Shown here piece after piece: positions 17,683 to 20,607 of a stretch of DNA of 20,607 nucleotides; position 1 is the stretch's first letter, and every line of letters starts with the position of its first letter. The notes below the pieces were generated by a model. That model was given only the letters and a program-made list of their open reading frames with translations. It searched no databases and was not told the DNA's origin. The translations under genes were made by a program, and so were the position numbers. This DNA is from Chiloscyllium plagiosum (taxonomy: Eukaryota): the NCBI RefSeq assembly GCF_004010195.1, contig NC_057753.1, positions 4,874,887-4,895,493 of the forward strand, in the 5' to 3' direction.

Positions 17683-18904
17683 ATTCACTGAAATGTTTCG
17701 ACCGTGTAATTGATAAGAGGAGGGGCAGTGGATATAGTTTACCTGGACTGTCAGAAGGCTTTCAATGAGAGACCACATAAGAGATTAGCATGTAAAACTG
17801 AAGCGCATAGGATTCGGATACTGTACTGACCGAGATAGAGAACTGCTTTGGCAGACGGGAAACAAGGAGTTGGAATAAATGGGTCTTTTTTCAAGTGGCA
17901 GTCACTGATGAGTGGGGTACCACAGGGATCGGCGATTGGACTCCAACTGTTCACAAAAATATGAATGATTTTGATGAGGGAACGAAATGTAGTTTCTCCA
18001 AGTTTGCAGGCAACACAAAGCTAATTGGGAGGGCAAACTGAGGAGGCTACAGTGATGTTTCAGTGTGATTTGGACGAGTTGAGTGAATAGTCAAATGCAT
18101 GATCAATCAAGTATAATCTGGATAAATACGAGCTTATCCATTTTAGTCACAAAAACGGGAAGGCAGATTATTATTTGAATAGCAATTGGGTGGGGATGTT
18201 AGGAGTTACCTGAGACCTGGGTGTCCTTGTACACCAGTCACTGAACATAAATACGCAGGTACAGCAGACAGTGAAGGAGGCAAATGCTATACTGTCCTTA
18301 GTAGTCAGGAGATTCAAGGATAGGATCAGGGATATCTTGCTGCAATTGTGCAGGGTCTTGGTGCGACCACAGCTGGAATACTGAATGCAGTTTTGGTCTC
18401 CTTATCTGAGGGAAGATTTTCTGGATCTGAGGGAGTAACGTCTGGTATGGCAGAACTGATGTATGAAGAGGGATTGGATCAGTTAGGACTATATTCATTG
18501 GAGTTCAGAAGACTGGGGAGGTGGGGTGGTTCTCATAGAAACCTATTAATGTGTAACAGGGCAAGACAGGGTAAACACAAGGGTTTCCCAGTGACTGAAG
18601 TGCCCATAACCGGGGGTGAAGGTTTCAGGATACAGGATAGGCTGTTTAAGGTTGAGGTGAGCAGAAATCTCTTCACCCAGGTAGTGGCAAACCTGTGGAA
18701 ATCTCTGCCACAGAACTCCATTGAGCTAAAACATTGAATACTTTCAAGAGGATAGACACAGTTTTTCGGACTCAAGGGATCAGACAACATGGGACGAAAG
18801 CAGGAACAGGGCACTGAGTTGCATGATCAGCCATGATCACATCAGATGGCAGGGAAGGCTCAAAGGACCAAATAGTTTCTCTCATTGTGAACGTGATCCT
18901 ACAA

Positions 18905-19350
18905 ATCCATATTTGACATTTACTGGCCCTAATACAAGGGGTGGAGTTTACCAACATCAGCAGAGGCGGACCAAGAACTGGATGTAATTAACATCAAAGT
19001 CCAATCACTGTATCTGATTGTGAACTCGCTGGTGTGTCAGCAGGTTGGATGAATGAGTAAATATCTTCCCCACAATCAGAGCAAATGAATGGCCTCTCCC
19101 CAGTGTGAACTACTTAGTGTATCAGCAGGTTGGATGAAGCAGTAAATCCTTTTCCGCACAGACGGCGGGTGAATGGTCTCTGCCGAGTGTTGGTGTGCTG
19201 TGTACCTACAGCTTGTCTGACTGAATTAATCCCTTCCCACTTTCAGAGCAGGTGCATGACCTCTACCGAGTGTGAACCCACTTTTGCATCAGTAAGGTGG
19301 ATGAATCGGTGAATCTCATCCCATACTCTGTGCAGATGAATGGCTTCTCT
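18905..19350 (-). pseudogene. Truncated C2H2 zinc-finger pseudogene (last four fingers plus 3'UTR), paralog of 5455-6249
   Basis: [97 protein letters not shown] with stops, frameshifts and lost Cys/His. Shares the UTR motif GGAGTTTACCAACATCAGCAG with the intact gene. Confidence 0.9.
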
Positions 19351-19779
19351 GCAAGTTTCAGTTCATTAATATATAAATCCCAGTACTTCTTTTAAGCCAC
19401 ATTCTTGACATAACTTAAGGTTTTATTTATCTCAGCTCAGACAATCTGTTAAAGGTGTGAGTTTAGAGTCTGTCTGTATCACAACCTTGAGTCATACAGG
19501 TTCTATTTCCAAAGTAGGAATGGATAGGTAGGTTGTGTGCTTTTTGAGCAAAAATATAATGTATGATGTTCATGAACCGAAACCTGCAACCCAGTCTAAA
19601 AGATGACAGACTTAACAGCAATCTAGGTTTGTTCAATGTATCGTTTTAATTGCATGACACTATAATGTTTTGCTATAAATTCTGTATTTATGATTCTGCC
19701 CCACGAGTTACCTGATGAAGGAGCAGCACCCTGAGAGCTGGGGCTTTGAAATAAACCTGGCGTTGTGTGATTTCTAACA
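19351..19779. mobile_element. Family B fold-back Penelope-like element with truncated left arm
   Basis: 19570-19779 aligns with 9070-9250; 19351-19390 aligns with about 8995-9025; contains CTGATGAAGGAGCAGC at 19712. Confidence 0.8.
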
Positions 19780-19879
19780 TTCCCAAAAAAGCACATTCAA
19801 GTTTGTGAGACACGATTCCCCATGCTGACCACCCACTACTTGCCTTTCCAAATGCAAGTAAATCCCACCTTTCAGAATC

Positions 19880-20275
19880 ACTTACCCACCACCAAAGGCT
19901 GAAAAGGAAGCAAGCTGAGCACGCACCCTGCTGCAACTCGCCCCCGACAAAGATGGCGCCGGCGGCCGTGTGTCGCCAAATGTCGCCCCTAACAAATATG
20001 GCGGCGGCAAACGGGCCTGTTACCACCTGAGGCCCGCAGCCCGTTTTTCTTCCTCTTTGCCTCAAACACAGCACTGGTCATTTCTAATTCAGACATGGGA
20101 AAGTACACCGGATGTTTATGAAATCTTCCAGCCAAACCGAGCGTCTTTTCGTTTCCTCTCCCCATTATTATTGCACTTTTACAGTCGCGTTAGTTCTGGC
20201 AAACGGCCAGACGTCGAGCACGGTAGATCCGCCCCAACCTCACTCTGATTGGTTGGAGGACCGGTCCCCTACGGT
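19880..20275 (-). promoter_or_regulatory. CpG-island promoter/first exon cassette C (of the pseudogene)
   Basis: AAGATGGCGCC (about 19950) and AATATGGCGGC (about 19995) YY1-type sites; GATTGGTTGGAGGA resembles cassette B; consensus minus-strand donor TGG|GTAAGT at 19886/19885. Confidence 0.72.
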
Positions 20276-20279
20276 CCTC

Positions 20280-20473
20280 CAGCCCCGCCCCCTACTGCCT
20301 ACTGGTCTGACCGGACGGTCGATCATTCGCCGCCAGCGGGAGCATGCGCAGTGCGTCCCTGAGGCGGCCAATGGTTTGTCAGGCGCACGCGCAAGCCGCC
20401 ATTTTCCTCGAGCCGCCGGCGATCGGACGGAACGTCGGCTCCCAACGGTCGCGGAGAGGAGCTCGGGGTCAGT
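20280..20473 (+). promoter_or_regulatory. Divergent plus-strand promoter and candidate first exon
   Basis: GC box CCCCGCCCC at 20283-20291, GCATGCGCA at 20342-20350, CCAAT at 20368-20372, GCGCACGCGC, GCCGCCATTTT at 20395-20405, candidate donor GGG|GTCAGT at 20467/20468 followed by G-rich sequence. Confidence 0.55.
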
Positions 20474-20607
20474 CATGGGGCCGGGGATTGGGATCGGTCC
20501 GAGCTCAACCCCCCGACCACTGTGTTCATCAAACAGGAACCCGGCCGCGCCGGCTTCATTCAGGCCTCGGGGTAGAATGGGATGGGGGGGGTTGGGGGGG
20601 ATAAGGG

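Larger units (their letters stand above)
16620..18880 (+). mobile_element. Long decayed CR1 ORF2 (EN-RT linker, RT, C-terminus, tail), possibly two fused copies
   Basis: HNVIEF..QF.REKL, ELKEISISR..LKADK.P..DNLH.RV.KE, GVPQGS (about 17915), KFAGNTK (decayed FADD, about 18000), VRPQLEY..QFWSPYLR. Many stops and frameshifts. Confidence 0.9.

Overview
Repeat-rich vertebrate genomic DNA, almost certainly from a shark. The HE1-type SINEs with (AATCT)n tails and HER1/CR1 LINEs suggest a carpet or bamboo shark, which is my inference. The window is part of a tandem cluster of minus-strand C2H2 zinc-finger genes. It holds one intact 9-finger gene with no N-terminal effector domain (5455-6249), a truncated paralogous pseudogene (about 19005-19350) and three paralogous CpG-island promoter cassettes (about 1.1-1.6, 11.4-11.8 and 19.9-20.3 kb) built on an NRF1-like site plus two YY1 sites. 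The third cassette appears bidirectional. The rest is nested CR1, L2 and Penelope-like retroelements, seven SINE copies or fragments, a Tigger-like MITE and a possible solo LTR. The most unusual signals are: (1) short fold-back Penelope-derived elements with minimal hammerhead ribozyme motifs, one complete with a compensatory U3-A8 core pair (12382-12420); (2) templated insertion and arm-to-arm copying at that same hairpin; (3) vestigial zinc-finger exon modules apparently retained as 5'UTR sequence; (4) local GC/CpG gain around the intact gene. Repeat family names come from recognising motifs by eye, and repeat boundaries are approximate.
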